DNA of 25,746 nucleotides, from IMG/VR virus record IMGVR_UViG_3300025086_000208, positions 1-25,746 of that record; one strand, given 5' to 3'. Each line of letters starts with the position of its first letter. Position 1 is the stretch's first letter. Source of the DNA: a virus (taxonomy: Duplodnaviria > Caudoviricetes). A model generated the notes under the pieces. The model was not told where the DNA came from. It was given only the letters and a program-made list of their open reading frames with translations, and searched no databases. The position numbers were made by a program, and so were the translations under genes. Below are positions 22,680-25,746 of the stretch, one piece after another.

Positions 22680-23474
22680 ATGCTCCCTTTTGTAATGCCA
22701 GCTTTGTACGGAGCAAAAGCTATTTCTACGGGATTAGCAGCTTTAGGCCTCGGTGCAACTTTTTTACCACCTGCAATTGACTTTGCTAAAAATTATGCAA
22801 AGAAGGGCCGTACAAAAGGTCAATCACGTATGAGTCAATTCGGAGGCACTGATTTTACAGTTTTACCAGGCGGAAGCAATTTTGAAGAAGGTGTGCGTCC
22901 AGGAGATATTGATAGACAAAAGATCACAACAGAAACTTCAACACCTTTAACATCGCAGCAGTTTGATAATACTCTTGAAGGTCAGTATCAACGTTACTTC
23001 CAAACTCCTGAGTTTAATAATGTATTCGGTGCAGGATCAAGAGGTAAGGGAGCGCCTCAAGATGCATCTGCAATGGAGGAACTAGGGAATCAGCTCCGAG
23101 CACCTGAGACAGATACCAACATTGCATCGATGTACGCATCACAAAGTGCTTTGGGCCGTGTTAATCAGGATGAAATCCAGAATATGTATGCGGGAGATAA
23201 AAATATGCAGGCTTGGGCCAAGGTGAATCCAATGCTTGCTCAACGTGAGTTAATTAAGGAGCAAAGGCGCCAAGCTGACATACCTGATAACACCATGTTT
23301 GACACTGGTACTGCTGTAAGAGGTGAAACAGCTGGATCATTCGAACAACAGAAACAGTATGGAGCGGGAAGTCCAATTTCTAAATCACCAACAGAGTTCG
23401 ACATTTCTCCAACAAAGGAAGAGGATTTTGCAAAAGAGTTTGCGAAATCAAAATTTGGAAGTTACTTTAACTAA
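22680..23474 (+). CDS. Probable internal virion protein
   Basis: Gly/Ala-rich hydrophobic N-terminus, low-complexity Cys-free body, C-terminal EEDFAKEFAK. Confidence 0.6.
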   Translation: MLPFVMPALYGAKAISTGLAALGLGATFLPPAIDFAKNYAKKGRTKGQSRMSQFGGTDFTVLPGGSNFEEGVRPGDIDRQKITTETSTPLTSQQFDNTLEGQYQRYFQTPEFNNVFGAGSRGKGAPQDASAMEELGNQLRAPETDTNIASMYASQSALGRVNQDEIQNMYAGDKNMQAWAKVNPMLAQRELIKEQRRQADIPDNTMFDTGTAVRGETAGSFEQQKQYGAGSPISKSPTEFDISPTKEEDFAKEFAKSKFGSYFN

Positions 23475-23476
23475 TC

Positions 23477-23716
23477 ATGATGTACAACCCCGCAGGATTC
23501 GACCCACAGGGTCTTGATATGAACGCTGAACTAGGTGATCCACGTCGCCAAGAGAAGCTACCAGGTGGTTATGCCACACAAGGGCAGGCTGTCAGTGCTC
23601 CTTATGCTGAGGCCAACATTAAAGCAGCTGAAAAAACCAACCCTATGAATGCTGCTTCCCAGGAGCCTGGCAAGATGTTTCTTGCTGGCTACATTCAAAA
23701 CGCTTTAAGAGGCTAA
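23477..23716 (+). CDS. Small low-complexity protein with a C-terminal FLxxY motif
   Basis: TAATCATG junction with the previous gene. Contains GKMFLAGYIQNA. Confidence 0.65.
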   Translation: MMYNPAGFDPQGLDMNAELGDPRRQEKLPGGYATQGQAVSAPYAEANIKAAEKTNPMNAASQEPGKMFLAGYIQNALRG

Positions 23717-23718
23717 TC

Positions 23719-24006
23719 ATGTTTGATTCAGGTTTACCAAGCTATTTCTTCCAATCAGGGGATGAGGAAGGAAGTCCTGAAAAAGATTTTCTTTCAAGTT
23801 TTGCTGCTGATCGTTTTTTTAAAGAGAAGGGTGATTATGAAAATAGGATGAGAAGCCAACAACGCAAGACTGATCTTTTAGATCCAATGTTAGGCGGTAT
23901 GAATAATTTATTTGCGAGTGGTAATCCTGGAGGAGCCCTGTCTGCAGGCCTTACAGGAATAGCTGCTCAGGGTATCGGCAATTTAGCGCGTGATCTTTTT
24001 CGTTAA
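23719..24006 (+). CDS. Small protein with an FLxxF motif and a Gly-rich C-terminal helix
   Basis: TAATCATG junction. Contains EKDFLSSFAADR and GGALSAGLTGIAAQGIG. Confidence 0.65.
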   Translation: MFDSGLPSYFFQSGDEEGSPEKDFLSSFAADRFFKEKGDYENRMRSQQRKTDLLDPMLGGMNNLFASGNPGGALSAGLTGIAAQGIGNLARDLFR

Positions 24007-24008
24007 TT

Positions 24009-24365
24009 ATGGGTGACAACGACTTTCCAGCCGTGATGGCGAATGGAGATTTTCTTCAAGGTTTTATGAAGAAGAGGGGAATGATTTCCGAGCAAGAGAC
24101 GGGGAAACCTGCACAAACGTTGGCTTACGCTTCACAGCAAATGCTTGGTGGGCCTGAAGTTACACAGGTGACAGCGACGGAGGGGCCACTTTTGGCCGAG
24201 ATGCCTCGCTACGTGCGAGGTAATTTCGCGCCACCTGGAACAATAATTAAGGCACCACATCTTGATTCACCCTTTATGGACGAACGTATTAGACGTGGTT
24301 TTGTACCTATAACCCCGTCACTACCTCGAGGAGGATCCGGGCCACAGTTACCTGGGTTTGTCTGA
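24009..24365 (+). CDS. Low-complexity Pro/Gly-rich protein with an N-terminal FLxxF motif
   Basis: TAATTATG junction. Contains NGDFLQGFMKKR. Confidence 0.6.
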   Translation: MGDNDFPAVMANGDFLQGFMKKRGMISEQETGKPAQTLAYASQQMLGGPEVTQVTATEGPLLAEMPRYVRGNFAPPGTIIKAPHLDSPFMDERIRRGFVPITPSLPRGGSGPQLPGFV

Positions 24366-24548
24366 TTCCATCGTAAATATACAGTCCATATAGGCCCGAT
24401 AAAAGCCGTTTTTAAGTGTGTATAAATCTTCCTGCTCTTGGGGATTGCCACCCGGCCAATTTTTATGAGCATCTATAAGCAGATTGAGCAGAAGTTTTAC
24501 AGCTCGCCCATTTAATTTTATGCTGACCTCGTGTTCCTCGAAGGTCAT
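24348..24548 (-). CDS. Conserved cyanophage hypothetical protein (WPGGxPxEQ motif)
   Basis: TGATG coupling to the upstream gene. Contains WPGGNPQEQEDL. Confidence 0.65.
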   Translation of the reverse strand: MTFEEHEVSIKLNGRAVKLLLNLLIDAHKNWPGGNPQEQEDLYTLKNGFYRAYMDCIFTMESDKPR

Positions 24549-24712
24549 CAGTCAAGCGTTCTAAGCACGGTAAGAGGTGAAATTTTCTGTACCGGATCCT
24601 TATTTCCTTCAGTAATCGCTTTTGCTCTTAAATAGTAGTCATTATCAGTAGCACCTAAATCCTCAAGATGCTTTGCGATCTTCTCCCAGTTCTCCTTCTG
24701 ATGCTTGTCCAT
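24548..24712 (-). CDS. Conserved small cyanophage protein
   Basis: Start re-assigned to MDKHQKENWEKI, with AGGAGG just upstream. ENWxKI...LE...TDxxYYxRAxAI...GxxDP pattern. Confidence 0.7.
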   Translation of the reverse strand: MDKHQKENWEKIAKHLEDLGATDNDYYLRAKAITEGNKDPVQKISPLTVLRTLD

Positions 24713-25745
24713 TTGCCTCCTGTTGGCGGTTTTCTGGGAGAACGGTAGGAGCATTCCTAAATTTCTGATCAGAGTTGCGAAGAGCAATCCCCTTCAGATA
24801 AGGCTTACCAAATTTAGTGAAACCAGTGACAGTGTCACGACCAAGTTGATTTTTGGTGCAATCAAGGAGGAGAGCGATGAATCGCTTCTGACCAACAGGT
24901 TTCGATCCCGTGTCTTCACAATAGGATGCGTAACTCGCGTACAAGTGAAAGTTACTGTTGCAATACCGTTCCTGTGCATCCTTTGCTGCTGGAATTTTTT
25001 TACCAACAGGAGTGACAGCTTTTTCATCTAGTACCGCCTCGGACTGAAGCCACTCGACGAGATTATTGCTGTTGAGCATGATTTCATTGCGGACACGCTT
25101 CAAAGACGGAACCATCTCATAAGTGTCAAGCAAGTACTGACGCATTTCATCGTCGGTCATTTGAAGTACCCAATTCACTAAACCGGGTATGCAATCCTTC
25201 CATAAGCCTTTTACGACCCCATTATCGACCTTAATCATCTCCTTGGCTTCAGAGTTCTTGTTGTAGAGCGATCGATTGAACTCTACGGTTAGGCGGCGAC
25301 GGGTGAGTCCAGAGGTGTTGTCGGTAGTTTGAATTGGTTCATTGGCGCAGACCATGACCATTCCGGTATAGACAAAAGGTTCACCAACATTTTTATTTTT
25401 TTCCTCAAAACGAAGGTTATCGCCACCGGTCAGTGCTTTAAAGATCTGTGCAGATCCTCCGTAACGTTCCGAGTCGTTGATCAAGGTAAGACGTTTGCCC
25501 TTAATAGATGCAACTTCAAACCGGGATTGCTCGAGTTGGTTAAGAGTCGTACTCGCATAATTACGAGCTCCAACCAAGGCACAGCATAGGTTTGCGAAGG
25601 TTGATTTCCCTCTTCCGCCGGGGCCAATGAGCTCGAGGAATCTTTGAATCTCGTGACCTTGACCGACAAGACAGGATTTCAGCCATGCACGAAGTACTTG
25701 AACACGGTCATTGTCTCCGTACTGAGTGCGTAGAAGCCAGTCAAT
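24663..25745 (-). CDS. Primase-helicase, D5/P4 family (SF3 helicase part; 5'-partial)
   Basis: The frame is open to the window edge (IDWLLRTQYG...). Walker A GPGGRGKST, Walker B LTLINDSE, KALTGGD, ExK, motif C (CANE), GLTRR. Confidence 0.93.
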   Translation of the reverse strand: MDWLLRTQYGDNDRVQVLRAWLKSCLVGQGHEIQRFLELIGPGGRGKSTFANLCCALVGARNYASTTLNQLEQSRFEVASIKGKRLTLINDSERYGGSAQIFKALTGGDNLRFEEKNKNVGEPFVYTGMVMVCANEPIQTTDNTSGLTRRRLTVEFNRSLYNKNSEAKEMIKVDNGVVKGLWKDCIPGLVNWVLQMTDDEMRQYLLDTYEMVPSLKRVRNEIMLNSNNLVEWLQSEAVLDEKAVTPVGKKIPAAKDAQERYCNSNFHLYASYASYCEDTGSKPVGQKRFIALLLDCTKNQLGRDTVTGFTKFGKPYLKGIALRNSDQKFRNAPTVLPENRQQEANGQASEGELGEDRKAS

Positions 25746-25746
25746 G

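Noticed and set aside
18062-25669. Opposite-strand or nested ORFs such as 18062..18469, 21087..21356, 21448..21717, 24705..25031 and 25329..25589
   Set aside because: Each lies within a better-supported gene and lacks independent evidence.
1-25746. Alternative genetic code or frameshift errors as the cause of the missing catalytic residues
   Set aside because: Genes tile densely under the standard code using all three stop codons. Neighbouring enzymes have intact motifs, and the substitutions involve different codons.
1-25746. tRNA, rRNA or integrase/att features
   Set aside because: None recognised by eye. The intergenic gaps are short apart from the 22.2 kb dyad. A tRNAscan-SE or Infernal run would be needed to exclude them formally.

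Overview
This is a segment of a tailed dsDNA phage genome, most likely a cyanophage of picocyanobacteria. The evidence is an NblA homologue, a prolyl-4-hydroxylase-type 2OG-Fe(II) oxygenase and several protein families I recognise from cyanophages. Left to right it contains: a tail/fibre module (1-9191) with two paralogous long fibres; a six-gene envelope-targeted cassette with a TolC-like half-repeat protein (9185-12068); a mixed-strand region with HNH, oxygenase, NblA, lysozyme-like, Nmad1 and Dam-like genes; a double His-Me-finger gene beside a 158-bp dyad; a block of low-complexity probable internal virion proteins; and the 3' part of a D5/P4-type primase-helicase. The most notable signals are (1) four intact enzyme-fold genes with eroded catalytic residues, (2) an F-L-x-x-[FY] helix motif shared by seven unrelated small proteins, (3) the envelope cassette, (4) a repeated promoter 13-mer TARRATAGATCYA, with several leaderless starts, and (5) the large dyad. 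I saw no tRNA, rRNA, CRISPR array or reverse transcriptase. All family calls come from motif recognition by eye, not from database searches.
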